From: Octopus vulgaris
Taxonomy: Eukaryota
NCBI GenBank assembly: GCA_951406725.2
Contig: OX597833.1
Span: 27,218,001 to 27,282,000 of the forward strand
Length of the DNA: 64,000 bases
Direction: 5' to 3'
The stretch's first letter is position 1. Each line of letters opens with the position of its first letter. A program made the position numbers and the translations under genes. The notes below the pieces were generated by a model. The model was not told the DNA's origin and ran no database searches. It saw nothing but the letters and a program-made list of their open reading frames with translations. Shown piece after piece: positions 1 to 13,501 of this stretch.

Positions 1-440
1 CTGATTAGTTACGGTTTAGTTCAGTCCATTATCACAAAAGATTTGGGTATAAAACGCGTGTCTGACAAGTTTATGCAAGACTGTTTTCAGTTGATCAAAA
101 AGATATTGGGGTTTCAGTTGCACAAAATCTCCTTGATTGTGTCGAAAACGATAAAAACCTTTTCAAAACTTTGCGTAGGCCTCTGAGCAGGTGTCGCCAA
201 GCTTTTGGCAAAATTTGATGCGCACTCTCATTTCAACTTTCTTTGTCATGGTCAATGCGACGATCACACTCAACACATCTTCCTTCCAAGCACTGCTGTA
301 AACAGTGAAAGTGAGCTGGAATGTTAAAACTTAAGGCGCAGGCACAACAGAGTTCAAGGTCAATTTGTACCAAGTGGCTTTACTCTGCGTGCTTTAACTT
401 CGTTACTATGGCAACAGTCCGGATACTTATTGATCAGACC
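1..440 (+). mobile_element. Decayed, internally deleted mariner element running off the window start
   Basis: First ~150 bp translate to a mariner-like HTH/WVP region (QSIITKDLGIKRVSDKFM); ends in a mariner-type TIR gtccggatacttattgatcagacc. Confidence 0.6.
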
Positions 441-1068
441 ACTATTTTGGTTACACAAAGGACGAGATGGTAATACTTGGAATGGCATTGGTATTAGGTC
501 TGCTAGATCTGAGCCGGTGTAGGGTTAAGCAACAACAAGAACAACAGCAATAACAGCAACAACAAATACATCCCTTACGTAACTCGGGCCGTCAAGAGCC
601 TTGTGAGTGGATTTGGTAGACGGAAACAGAAAGGAACCCGTCAACGGCTGACAACGAAGACAGGCTCTCTCCCTACGAAAAGCGAGATGGATTCTCTTGT
701 CAACCGTTGGAAAAGTGCTTTCATGTGGATTAGAGTTTTTGACTCTTATTTCTATTGAACAATTTGGAAATCTACGTTTTAGACAAAGTTTTTTTTTAAT
801 ATTTTCTGTTTATTCTAAAGCTTAAATAGTTTCATTTTGGGGATACGCCCTTCAGAAGAATTACACGGGGCAAAGTAAACCATCAAACAAATGCAAACAA
901 AAGGTAATAGAAATATCAATGAACTCACAAAACAGACAGAAAATGGAATAAATAATATCATTGTAACAGGACAAAAACAGGACCAGCTTGACAACAGTCA
1001 CAGCAACGTATACACACATATTACGTGAAACATACAAATGAATAAGGAAACATTCTTGTGAAAAAAAA

Positions 1069-1185
1069 GGCGTGTGCATGGTTTTGTGTAAGAAGTTTGC
1101 TTCCCAACCACCTGGATTGAGGTTCAGTTCCACTGAGTAGTCTCGGGTTGGATTTGGTAGACGGAAACTGAAAGAAGCCTGTCGT
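1069..1185 (+). mobile_element. tRNA-derived CORE-type SINE, internally deleted 5' part
   Basis: Matches head and gatttggtagacggaaactgaaagaagc segment of the full copy at 43625-44060. Confidence 0.7.
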
Positions 1186-1472
1186 ATATATACATATATA
1201 AAATATAAAGTTATATCTTGAGTGACAACAACGCTCAAGATATACAACGGACTGGAAATAGAAGTGCTCCAATGAGCTTCATTCAAATAAAAATGTGAAT
1301 ACAAATATAAATTTTGCATATAACACACTTAAAACTGTTAGAATAAGAAAAATAAATATAATGATAATAAAATAAAAATATGGCATATCAAAAAACGAAT
1401 AAAATTCCGGCGAATAGTACATAGAATATAATACATATACAAGCTTACAAAAATATAAGATATACAGAAGTC

Positions 1473-1565
1473 CATCTACGGGCCGTTTCGGAGATGTGCC
1501 AATTAATATTAGACATATCAGTACTTAAAACAGTACTTAAAATTGGCACTCCCTTCATCAGGATG
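1473..1565 (-). ncRNA. Type I hammerhead ribozyme motif with long stem II, in a probable PLE terminal repeat
   Basis: Minus strand: catc-CTGATGA-agggagtgccaatt..aattggcacatctcc-GAAA-cggcccg-TA-gatg; stems I, II and III pair; GUA cleavage triplet. Confidence 0.75.
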
Positions 1566-1731
1566 TCCTATACAAATAAAACGTGAACAAATACACAAAT
1601 ACACAATCACATATCGGCCATTCTCAGAACACGGCATTTATATACTCCCGGAAATTTTTTCGTCAATCCTGAATGGAACTTTATACGCATACAATTCGAT
1701 CCAGCCGCCATAAATATTGTACACAGACATA

Positions 1732-1836
<105 letters not shown>

Positions 1837-1859
1837 GCGCATGTGTATCAGTGTGCCTC

Positions 1860-2040
1860 TTCATTCCCCCACCACAGCATGACAACCGCTGCTGGTATGT
1901 TTACGTCCCCGTAAGGTGGCAAAAAAACATGCCAGGTTTTAAAAACAAAAATAAGTACTGAGATCAACACATTCGACTAAAACTTATTCAAGGCAGTTCC
2001 CCAGCATGGCCGCAATCTAATGACTGAAACAAGTAAATGA
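1860..2040 (+). mobile_element. CORE-type SINE, 3' half
   Basis: gacaaccgctgctggtatgtttacgtcccc...ccagcatggccgcaatctaatgactgaaacaagtaa matches the family tail. Confidence 0.7.
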
Positions 2041-2087
2041 CACAAGCTAAAATTTTGTAAAAAGAATTCAAGTACTTTTATTCATAA

Positions 2088-2481
2088 CTAGCAGTATCGC
2101 CCGGCGTTGCTCGGGTTTGTAAGGGAAATAATTATATAAGCATTTTTAGAGATGTAAAGTATAATAGCCATCTCAATATGACTAACCACAAAGGGGAGGG
2201 GTGTTACTGTAGCTTTTTACGTTCTGAGATTTAATAATAAATTTTAGAGAGTTACTTCCCTTATATATGTCAAAAATGGATTAAAAATGGGAAAAATTGA
2301 TGGTAATTTTTTTTTTAAATCGTAGACTCATCGTAGACGCGCGCTAATACCCAGACGGTCTCGATATGAATCACGACTATAAGATACCCGGTTTTGGTTA
2401 AACTGCACCGCAAAATGTGGGAGTAGTTAGGAATCTAAATCGTAGGAGACAGACACACAACCTCACTTTTATATATAAAGA
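2088..2481 (-). mobile_element. Non-autonomous Helitron
   Basis: Minus strand starts TC (tctttatatataaaag), ends CTAG with hairpin cccgagcaacgccggg just upstream, sits in an A|T target without TSD; related copies at 47690 and 52082. Confidence 0.85.
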
Positions 2482-2543
2482 TTTCCTCTATTTACATAAT
2501 ATTGAGGTCTCTTTCTTTTTTTGTTATCTTACTGTTTTTACCA

Positions 2544-2616
<73 letters not shown>

Positions 2617-3020
2617 CAGAGATGTACTTGCATAGCAAGTGACTTGATCTGAGATCGTGTGCTGGAACGAAAACAGTTGCAGCGTTGAAGGTGTTTATAA
2701 GCCATTTAAGAAACACACAAAAACCGTTAGATTCACTTCAACATTTAAATTTAATTTGCCAAAATATTTTCGTCGCTTTGAGACCGCGACCTTACATCCC
2801 TGTCACCTAGTGGTTTGACAAAGGAAACAGATAGAATAAGTACAATGCTTACAAAAATAAAACTGGAGTTGATTCATTAAACTACAATTCTTCAAGGCAT
2901 TGCCCCAGCATGGCCACAGACCAATGGCTGGAAAAAGCAGAAGAATAAAAGAATACATTCTCTGCTTTGGTCTTATGTTCAAGGCATGAGAAAGCTTGAG
3001 TTTACATGAGAAGGCATAAC

Positions 3021-3286
3021 AGACCTGGTAGAAACAGCAGCCAAATCTCCCTCAAATCACACCTTACTCTCTTATGTATGTATATATATATGAGCCAATG
3101 AGGGGGACCTCTACATGGTAGCTAGACCTGGTAGAAATAGCAGCCAAATTTCCCCCAAATCACACCTTACTGTCTTATCTATGTATATATGTATGTATGA
3201 GCCTATGAGGGAGACCCCTACATGGCAGCTAGACATGGTAGAAATAGCAGCCAAATCTCCCTCAAATCACACCTTACTGTCTTATG

Positions 3287-3290
<4 letters not shown>
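3021..3290 (+). repeat. Tandem repeat, ~2.5 copies of a ~105 bp unit
   Basis: agacctggtagaaa(c/t)agcagccaaat(c/t)tccc.caaatcacaccttact recurs at ~3021, ~3125 and ~3231. Confidence 0.85.
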
Positions 3291-3334
<44 letters not shown>

Positions 3335-3379
3335 AGCCACTACGGTTATTTAATGTAAAGTCTTCCTCAAATCACTCTC

Positions 3380-3814
3380 GCTATTTGCTCTCTTCCAAGA
3401 ACATTTTCACTCACTCTTATCTCTTAGCTTGCCATACATTTTACTCATGTATCTATCAGCGTGATAGACAGAAACAAATATTACATCGCCATCCCCATCG
3501 CCATCGCATTCTTTTGTCTACCTGTCAACACACTCACAGTGAATTAGTTTCATTTTATTCGTTGCACACTGTGTGTGTGCGTTTGCGTGTGCTGTAAACC
3601 AGACTAAGAAAAGCATTTGACATACACACCAGAATGTGAGTTTTCTGTAAATTTTGCTTAATTGGAGTTTAAATTTTAAAAACTGGACCTGGCATGACCC
3701 GATGCATTCTACTCTTAAAAATGCTAGGTAAATTGTAATTGAAGAAATCCTATATTGTAGATTTCTATAACTGACAAAGGGAGGCAGATAAAATCTGCCT
3801 TTTATAATAAGAGA
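3380..3814 (-). mobile_element. Probable Helitron 5' portion (second family); left boundary uncertain
   Basis: Minus strand begins a|TCtcttattataaaaggcagattttatctgcc; no 3' CTAG recognised. Confidence 0.4.
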
Positions 3815-3989
3815 TACTTGTAACTTCCTGATATGTTTTGGTTGTTCACACGTGTGGTAGTTGGAATGTCTACCAGGAGGATGAGTTTTAAGCTCTTCTC
3901 TCAGAAATCTTTAAAAGATACTGATGTTTTTTGTTTGCTTGTTTTTTGTTAAGTTTTTTTTTGTTTTTGCTTTCGTTTTGTCTCATGAG

Positions 3990-4450
3990 ATCCTAAGGAC
4001 ATGTATGCCCATGATAACCCCATACTAATTCGGGGGCAGGTATGACTAGAACAATCTGATCGTGCATTTTACCATCCTCTGTTTTAAAGACGGCGTACTT
4101 GGTGCTGTATGTCTTCCCTCTTCCAATAAAATAAATTTTACTCAAAATACCTCTCAGGTCTGTTTTCGAGTCTTCCTTTGGATGGAACGAGGAAATCATC
4201 CAAAGACTTTGGCATATCACTGCACAAGGTTTCTTTTCCCTGTCGTGACGCATAGTAGTAAGCTGGTACCTATTTTGTGGGGAAAAGAGCATGTCAACTT
4301 TTAGTTCTTCCAACAAATGTACCATATGAAGAATGTTTTTTTATGAGTTCGAGAAAAACTTTGCTATAGATTTTATTTCTTGGTTTTTATATCTTTTATA
4401 GCGTGTATGTTCTTCAAGTTCAATTCGTTCAAATATATATTTATTAACAC
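3990..4450 (-). mobile_element. Possible decayed LINE (L1/Tx1-like) ORF1 remnant
   Basis: IYFIGRGKTYSTKYAVFKTED and a degenerate zinc-knuckle-like end (GH..CP); frames broken. Confidence 0.3.
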
Positions 4451-5227
4451 CTCTCCCTCCTCCTCTCGTTTTCCACTCCACACCACACGTCTTTGTAATC
4501 TTCTTCTTCTTTAATAGTATTTTGCTTTTTTTTTTCTGCGTCTCTTCGAGCCTTTATAGCCCATAAAGAAATTTGCTGTTGTTGATGTTGTTGCTGTTAT
4601 TGCTGCTGCTGCTGCTCTTGTGTTTGTTGCAATACTGAGTCGAAAGAGGCCCTGACAAAATGGTGTTAAATTATTTCGTTATCTACCTTTAAAATCAGAA
4701 CTCTAATTTCATCAGAGGTCAACTTTGAATCTAATATTTCCAGGTTCGATCAAATAAATAAAAGTCAAACACTAGAAATCGGTATAATCGATTCTATCTA
4801 TCTATGCAACACCCAAACACAAATACTGCCACGTATTTCGTGTTTTCCTTTACTCTAATTATATATTCCAACATCCACGGCCTCTTTAAAATAACATAAA
4901 ATTTCGAATGATGTTACTTAAAATGCCTGGGCTGTGGAAAGCAGTATTGATGTTGGCTTCGTGCCTATGTTCGAAAAAAATAATTATTGCTTTTACATGG
5001 CACTGTAAGCGTTAAGAAACGGAAGTCTTAATGGCTCTTGCCTTCAGGTTAGAAAAGTTCAAACAGAAATATTCTTTCCAAATAAAATGAGCAGTTCCAG
5101 GCGATGCTCATATCTATACTTTGTCAAGTGATACTTCCCTCTTAGATATTGCTTACTGCTTCAGGCGTAATGGAAACTTCAACAAGGGTTATACCTAAAG
5201 GCACCAATTATTCCTGTTTATTGTTTC

Positions 5228-5457
5228 ATTCTTCTTCTTCTTCTTCTTCTTCTTCTTCTTCTTCTTCTTCTTCTTCTTCTTCTTCTTCTTCTTCTTCTTC
5301 TTCTTCTTCTTCTTCTTCTTCTTCTTCTTCTTCTTCTTCTCCTCCTTCTTCTTCTTCTTCTTCTTCTTCTTCTTCTTCTTCTTCTTCTTCTTCTTCTTCT
5401 TCTTCTTCTTCTTCTTCTTCTTCTTCTTCTACTACTACTACTACTACCACCACCACT
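5228..5457. repeat. (TTC)n then (CTA)n/(CCA)n microsatellite
   Basis: Direct reading. Confidence 0.95.
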
Positions 5458-5566
5458 AATTTTCTTCCTCTTTCTCTTCTTTTTATTATCTTCGTTATCT
5501 TGTATTATTTGTAAGTAATAGCTGCAGTATACGTCATCGTCTTCGTCGTCGTCGTCCTCATCCTCA

Positions 5567-5617
<51 letters not shown>

Positions 5618-6189
5618 CAGCAGTTGCAGTAGCTGTTGTTGCTGTTATTCTAGTAGTTGTTTTCTTCTTCCTCTTCTCCTTCGTCTCGTTGTTGTTTTTG
5701 TAACAGCAGCAACAGTAGAGAGTTCTTAACGTGCTTATCAAAAATCTGAATCATTCCGCAGTGTCTCCAAATAAATTTTGATCCGTTTTAAATTCTGAAG
5801 TTATTTCCCTTGCCTATTCTGATAACATTTGTCTTTAGCGCTAATGATTTTGCATTGCATTTCTGCTGTAAATTGAAAGTGAATTTGGCACACTACATTG
5901 TTAAACTACACTTGCTCTTGATACAGAACGTATTCTATAGAAATTTTCTACTGTCTAATAAGTGAATATATATTTTCCCATAAACACTATATTTTGTCCA
6001 AGTTGTTCTAAAGTCCCGTGGTTACGTTTTAAATTATACTTTGTTGAGAAGGCTTAATAAGACTCAAACATGTTAGGAGTCATCATCTTAGAAAATTTAA
6101 GTCTCCTAGACATTATTTTTTCTACTCCCAGGATTCGTGGGGCTGATTAAACGCTTTCCATGCATATTAGTGACTGAGATCACAACATA

Positions 6190-6340
6190 AACCCTAAACG
6201 GGGAGCCAGTCAGGATTACTCATATACAGCTGAGTGGACTGGAGCAACGTGAAATGTAGTATTTTTGCTCCAGAACATAATTCACCGTCCGGTCCGGGGA
6301 AGCGAAACTACGATCACAAGAGCAACACCCTTAAAACTAC
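6190..6340 (-). mobile_element. tRNA-derived SINE, family of 62470-62711
   Basis: cagctgagtggactggagcaacgtgaaat shared with 62578-62607. Confidence 0.65.
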
Positions 6341-6597
6341 TAAGACAACGCGTCATCTTACCAAAGATCAAATTCATTCCACGTTGTTTGTCCGTATTTG
6401 ATTTTAATCAATTTAAATTTCAGAGTTCTCTCCCTTACTTTACTTAATAAGAATACTCATCAAGACTAGTAAAGTTATTTTCTCATTGCAAGTGTAATTT
6501 GAAGTAATTTGAATATTTGTAGGTGTTTTTCATCTCCACTGACAGCAGTCTCCAAGAAATTATGGACAAATATTTGTCAAAGTATGTAGCATAATGT

Positions 6598-6910
6598 GAA
6601 GGTGTATGGTTCAGTGGTTTAGGCGTCAGATTTACATTCGTGAGGTTGTGAGCTCGATTCCAGGACTAATTTCACGTTGCTACAGACCTCTCAGCTATAG
6701 AAATGAGTTGCAGCGTCACTGGTGCCAAGCTGTATTGGCCTTTGCGTTTCCCTCGGACAACAGCGGCGGCGTTGAGAGAGGAGAGTGATGTGCATGGGCG
6801 ACTACTGGTCTTCCACAAACAACCTTGCCCGACCTTATCCCTCGGAGTGGGGGTACTTTCTAGGTGCAATCCCATGGTTATTCCTGACCAAAGTGTGTCT
6901 TCACTTTTTA
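6598..6910 (+). mobile_element. tRNA-derived SINE with distinct tail
   Basis: A-box-like tggttcagtgg and B-box-like gctcgattcc; tail ttccacaaacaaccttgcc...ttctaggtgcaatcccatgg recurs at 41290-41435. Confidence 0.7.
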
Positions 6911-7114
6911 TGTAGAACAATAACGAATAAAATACTGTTTATACCATAGTGTTATTGTGATTAATAATTAATGTCTTTATTGACCTCCTCTGTTTTTCAT
7001 TGAGGTAATTTCCTCACAGTTTCTTAATTATTGTTTTCCTTTGTATTGCTCTGTTGTACTGTTTTCAACGTCTTGGTCCTTGAGGCAAAAACATTACTAT
7101 TACTATTATTACTG

Positions 7115-7310
7115 GCGAGCTGGCAGAATCGGTAGTGTGTCAGACACGAAACTTTCTCATCATTTATTCTGGCTGTTTACGTTCAGAGTTCCAATACCAC
7201 CAAGATCAACTTTGCTTTCATACTTTTGGAGCCGACAAAATAAATACCAGTAAAGTAATGGGATCGATGTAATCTAACTAAAATAGCTGGCTTTATACCA
7301 AAATTTAAAA
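7115..7310 (+). mobile_element. Nin/Deu-domain-like SINE, decayed
   Basis: ggcgagctggcagaatcg head and actttgctttcat...aaaataaataccag core as in 60035-60585 (reverse). Confidence 0.55.
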
Positions 7311-8081
7311 CAATTAATCTTCTTGCTGTTATTGTTGTTGTTTGGTGTCAATCTTACAGTTAGAAATGAAACGGGTGAGGAGTATTTGACCAGATAAATA
7401 TATCAGCCGATAAATCTTCTACTCGTCCTTCAGCCGATAAATGTACTTTTGTCCACTCTTTGGTGCTTTTCACCACGATCTAGACACCAAAATATAGCTT
7501 CTCTGTTCAATCAAAAGACGTCCGCTTTCTCTTCACAGACATGGTAGCAGCTATAAATTCGACTTCTTGTCGACAGTTGAAGTATGAATAATAAAACCTC
7601 CATTGATTTTGACGTAATTTTAAATCCTTCAACATGTCAGTTATTTCTATTTTTATGGGATGTAAATTTTTTAACATTGTTTAAAGTGATCGACTGAAGG
7701 ACGATTAACAGATCCATCGATATGTGGCACTTAAATAATTATAAGCAAAAGACGCGGCCGTCATTCAACTGCCTCTTATAATTCTCTGAAGTATTCTTTT
7801 TTTCTTTTTACATGTTCTTAATTCGATGAGGCTTGTCAATAATGGATGTCCTCAGAGTACAACCAAATAAAGTGCTGTATGTTTTCAACACGTGCAGGCT
7901 TCAATTTTTTTTTTGTTTTTCTGTTGTTATTAAAATATTCGGTATACACCAGGGTCTAGTTGTAATAGTTTTAGCATATTATATATCTTATATTAAACTT
8001 TTTAATACTTTTTGATAGTTATATAAAAAAAAATAATAATAATAACATTAAAATAATAATAATAATAAAAATAAAAATAAT

Positions 8082-8142
<61 letters not shown>

Positions 8143-8321
8143 TTATAAGTATAAATTAATAATTTAAATAATTAAACTTTAACTTTAAATTTAAATAATT
8201 TAAATTTTGAATTTTATATTTTATATATTTTGTATATTATATTAATTAATTTTATTTCTATGTATTGGTTTATGTTTTTCACTGTTTGATTTGCCTAATA
8301 GTGGTTTTATCTCTAATTTAG

Positions 8322-8441
<120 letters not shown>

Positions 8442-8561
8442 CATACATACATATATATATATATACATACATAATAAGGGTGAAAAATTGAATATTGATT
8501 AATATCAATTTAAAACCAGTGGTCTAGCATATAAAAATCTGAAGATACAGAAAAATTATAA

Positions 8562-8638
<77 letters not shown>

Positions 8639-9704
8639 AGTGCGTGCGTGTTAGCGTACGTGTGTGTGAGTGCGTGCGTGTTAGCGTACGTGTGTGTGAT
8701 GTGTGTGTGCGTGTATGTGTGTATGTAATTTGGGAGTGCTTGGTGTTATGTATTTATCTGCTACCTATTTCTGCGTTTTCTCTTTTTCAAAGGACCCACT
8801 CTTTTGACTGATTGCGTGTGTGTGAGAAAGAAAGAGAGTCAGACAGAGACAGAGATAGACAGAGAGCAATATTATAGTGTTATGAATATGTATATATTGA
8901 TGTGATGGCGGTACGTCACTTGCTCTGTCGTCTGAATCCCATGGGTGGGCTCTGCTGTACCTTTCTAGCTCATTCCATGTTGACACCGTTTGACATTCAA
9001 TGACTGATACTTTATTTTGTCGACCCCGAAAAGATAAAAGGAAACATTGGCCTCGGTGCAATTTGAACTCAGAATGTGAAAAGGAGGAATGGATTCCACA
9101 GAACAATAAAACGCCCTTAACGGTTGTGCCTATCACCCGCCCTAATTTTTGCCATCTGGAAACCGTGCTTTACAGCCCTTTATGTTCCGAGTTAAAATCC
9201 TTCCGAAGTCACACGATTTATAGTTCATTCCCACTGCACTACACATTGGACATGTGTTTTCCACTATAACCCCAGACCGGCCAGTGCCGGGAATGAATTT
9301 GGAAATCGGAAGCTCTGTAGAATCACGTCATATATATGTGTGTGTATGTATGTGTCATAGCGCTTGTGCTCATCCCCCATCCCCAGCGCTTGACAACATG
9401 TGTTGGTTTGTTTACGTCTCCTTAATTTAACGGTTCCATGCAAGAGACCTATAGAATAAGTACTAGACTTAAAAACTAAGTAATGGAGTCGATTCGTTCG
9501 AATAAAACCCTCCAAGGCAGTAATCCCAACATGGTCACAGTCCAATGACTGACACAAGTAGAAGATAAATAAATAAATATATATATATATATGTTTACAC
9601 ACACAAACACATACTCACACATATACTCACCTACGTCTTTCTCATTAATTTTGAACCTATATGCACTATATATGTACGTATGTATGTACATGTGTATGTG
9701 TGTG

Positions 9705-9763
<59 letters not shown>

Positions 9764-9789
9764 ATGTGTGTGTGTGTGTGTGTGTGTAA

Positions 9790-10010
9790 GACTTTGTGTC
9801 TATGTTTGTTCCCCACCACCACTGGTGTTGATATGTTTACCTCCCCGTATCTTAGCCGTTCGGCAAAAGACACTCATAGAATAAGTAACAAGTTTGAAAA
9901 ACAAAACATATGTACTGGAGTCGATTCGTTCGACAAAAATTCTTCACGGCAGTGCCCCAACATGGCCGCGGTCTGATGAGTGAAACAAATAAAAGATAAA
10001 CGATAAAAGA
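9790..10010 (+). mobile_element. CORE-type SINE, 3' half
   Basis: ttcggcaaaagacactcatagaataagta...ccaacatggccgcgg tail. Confidence 0.65.
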
Positions 10011-10414
10011 TACGTACTCATACACAAACACATATCTAGACACACAAACTTTCCATTGAATCTAGGTTTTCGGTCAGCAAGACAAAAACAAGCATTTGTC
10101 ACAATATCTTCCTGAAGTGAAAAACACAGCTCAATCCAAACAGTTTCTTTTGCTTTAGAAATCACAACAGGAATTTAACATTTGTCTATAACTGTCCACG
10201 AATGCATTATATTCATAGTCAGGGGGATCAAGAGCCTACTAAATCAAACTATTTAATTTACATAAATAACACATTATTCAAGGCTAATTCGATTAATAAA
10301 TCAATGCAGGAGTATTTCTATGTGGCTTCATAATGTACTTTAGAAAAAAATAGGTTCCCAGCCGACAAGATATGTCTTATAAATTAGAATGCATTCAATG
10401 CTCAGAACAAGCTT

Positions 10415-10494
<80 letters not shown>

Positions 10495-10997
10495 TTTGTT
10501 GTGGCAGTAGCAGCAGCAGTCAATACTATTGTGTTTCTCGTACAATTTAATTTTAGTAGTGTTAACTGAAAATTTGATTTATTTTAAGTACATTATAGTG
10601 TCCCAACACACGACGTAACGCGTCATTAATTTACTACAATATACATGTGCATATGTATGTGTATATATGTATATATATATACACGCACACACATACACAC
10701 ACATAGATTTAAATATACATGTATATTGTTGGTTGTATGTGTGCCTATGAGTATATGTGTGTCTGTAAGTGTATGCGTACAACATAGATATATATGTATA
10801 TATAAATAAATATGTGAGTATATGTGTTGCATTTTCGTTTATAACATATTTTTATTAAAAAAACAACAAATATATATGAACACACATACACTTATATATA
10901 TATATATAGGGAGAGTTTACCAAAAAAACAAAAGACGAAGACAGGTGTGTACAAAACAAACAGATGTATTAGTATAACGCTCAGGAATAGAAAAAGT

Positions 10998-11033
10998 CTT
11001 TTACGTTTCGAGCCTACGCTCTTCTACAGAAAG
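10998..11033 (-). ncRNA. Minimal type I hammerhead ribozyme, core CUGUAGA, in PLE pseudo-LTR
   Basis: cttt-CTGTAGA-a-gagc-gtag-gctc-GAAA-cg-TA-aaag; palindromic ACGT stem III. Confidence 0.75.
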
Positions 11034-11984
11034 GGACACAGAAAAAACAAGGAGAGAAACAAGGAGAGAACAAAATGTGTGTAGTGGCTAACGATCTATC
11101 ATGGCACTGACTCGGACAGAAGGGTCACACACGAGAGGGAAAGTAGGGGAGATAACAAGAGAAAGATGACCCACAACACAAAGGTGCGTGTGTGTATAAG
11201 AGAGTATGTATGTGCGTGTGAAAGAGGGCTGGTGGTCTGGACGTGTGCGTGTATGTATGTGTAGGTGTGAAGATGTGGGGATGGGTGTGTGGGTGGTGGG
11301 TGATGATGTGATGTGTAATGTTGTATGGTGTAGTGTGGTGTGGTGTGATGTTGTTGGGAAGTGGGGGAGGCGAGAGTGGGGAAAGCACTGGTGGGGTGTG
11401 GGTTCGGCTGGGGTTTGGGGTTTGTGGGTAGGCAGAGGGTGGCGGTAGAGGTGGGGTATGTGGGGGGATAGGATGGGGTGGGAAGGATAGGTAAGGTGGT
11501 GTAGGGATGTGTTGGGGTGGGTGGGTTTATGGGGGATGGGAGGGTGGCTATGTGAGGAGAGAGAGGAGGAGAGAAGAGAGAAAGAGAGTAAGAGAGAAGA
11601 GAGAAAGAGAGGGTGAAAAAGTAGGCGAGAAGAGAGAAAGAGTGGAAGAGAGGAAGAGAGTAAGAGGGAAGGAGAAAGGAGGGGAGAGAAAGAGAGTAGG
11701 AGAGAAGACTGAAAGAGAGAAGAGGGAAAGAGAGTATGGGTGAAGAGAAGTAGCAGTGACGAGAAGTAGGAGTGAAGAGAAGTAGGAGTCGGGGCAAGAG
11801 AGGAGAGTTGGTGGGAAGAAGGAGGAGGGAGGGGGAGAGAGGAGAGAAGGAGAGTGAGGGAGCAGAGAGAAAGAGAGAAGAGAGAAAGAGAGAAGAGAGA
11901 AAGAGAGTAGGGGAGAAGAGGGAAAGAGAGTAGGGGTGAAAAGATGTAGGAGTGAAGAGAAGTAGGAGTCGGGGAGGAGGTTAG

Positions 11985-13068
11985 ATGAAGGGGGAGGAGA
12001 GTTGATCCCAAATGGCGTAAAAGAGCGAAGAGAGAAGATTAATCCCTGTTCACAGCGCAAACGGGAGTCCAGATGGCCTCTGTGTAAGGACAATCCGAAC
12101 ACAGACAGGTGCTGCAAGGAGTGACCGGTGGAGCGGAAATGGCGTGAGACTGGGGTGTCATTGCCGAGGCGGATGTCTCGTAGGTGTTCCGCGAACCGGT
12201 CAGCCAAGCGGTGTCCCGTTTGTCCGATGTACAGGGAATGGCAGAAAGAGCAGGAGATGCAATAAATGATATCGGTGGAGGTGCAGGTGAAGGAGTCGAT
12301 GATGCGATAAGGTCGATGATGGGTGCCGGTGAAGAGGGTGGTGTTGGAGAGATAAGGGCAAGTGCGGCAGCGTGGGCGGAGCAGGGGTACGAGCCAGGTT
12401 GGGAGGTAGGATTGGGGAAGAAGCTGTGGACCAAGAGGTCTCGTAGGTTGTGGGCCCGTTAGAAGGAGGGGAGGCGTCAGTAAGGGAATATGTGTGAAGT
12501 GGACGGGTCGGACTGGATGCCGGAAAGCTCGGAAAATGGTGCGTTGGAGAGGTGGGGTGGTGTGGTGGTAGATGAGGGGAAAAGGAAGGCGGGAGACTGC
12601 AGGGCGGGTTCGGGGGGGAGAGAGCAGATGCACGGTCCACGGAACGTGCTCTGGCAAGGGCGGTGTGGATAGTGGTGAGAGGATATCCACGTAGGATGAA
12701 GTGGCGAGCCATGAGTTGAGACTGAGTCTCAAAGTCATGGTCGTCACTACAGAGCCTGCGTAGACGGAGGAATTGGGAATAGGGGATGGAAAGCTTGGTG
12801 TGTTTGGGGTGGGAGGAGGAGAAGTTTTGGTATGAGTGTGAGTCTGTGTGTTTGTAGTGGATGGAGGTGGTAAGAGTCGAGTGATGAATGCTGACCGAAA
12901 TGTCAAGAAAGGAGACAGAGGTGTCAGAGATAGTGCAGGAGAGATGGAGGGCAGGATGGAAAGATTTGACGAAAGAGAGAAAAGAATCTAGATGTTCGCG
13001 GGAGAGTGAGGTGGCACCAATACAGTAGTCAATATAACGGCCATATAGTTCGGGAGTGGGAGCAGTGA
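11985..13068 (-). pseudogene. Frameshifted PLE reverse transcriptase C-terminus and GIY-YIG endonuclease
   Basis: Track ORFs 12200-13093 and 11548-12906 carry complementary parts; catalytic YIDD reads YIDY. Confidence 0.85.
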
Positions 13069-13266
13069 ATATATATATATATAGATTGTCCACAGATGAA
13101 ATACAGACATTTTCCGTAAAGACGACACTTAGTAGTGCTCAAAATATTCAACTCCGACATGTTTACTGAGTATCGATTCCACAAGGTAAAGAAAGGCTAT
13201 AATAGGATCAAGTTTAGCGGGTATAGAGGCAATTATGCGGACAAACAAATTAAACACACAAAGATC

Positions 13267-13459
13267 TTTACTCTTTTACTTGTTTCAGAATGTGACTGCG
13301 GCCATGCTGGAGCACCGCCTTTAGTCGAGCAAATCGAACCCAGGACTTATTCTTTGTAAGCCTAGTACTTATTTTAGCTTTCTCTTTTGCCGAACCGCTA
13401 AGTTACGGGGTCGTAAACACACCAGCACCGGTTGTCAAGCGATGTTGGGGGGACAAACA

Positions 13460-13501
<42 letters not shown>

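Larger units (their letters stand above)
10909..13068 (-). mobile_element. 5'-truncated Penelope-like retroelement (Neptune-type) with long pyrimidine-rich 3' UTR and pseudo-LTR
   Basis: RT motifs YGRYIDYCIG, SFLDISV, KHTDSHSY; Cys-rich linker RCRTC and FTCTS; GIY-YIG IIYCISC..C..LYIGQT..RL.DRF.EH; both ends abut (TA)n. Confidence 0.9.

Noticed and set aside
5149-5741. Poly-Ser, poly-Glu and poly-Thr ORFs
   Set aside because: Pure trinucleotide microsatellites with no flanking coding signal
10050-10111. Candidate minus-strand exon after tttttcacttcAG
   Set aside because: Weak donor, no recognisable peptide, no support
11088-12011. 307 aa Leu/Ser/Pro-rich ORF
   Set aside because: Compositional artefact of the pyrimidine-rich PLE 3' UTR
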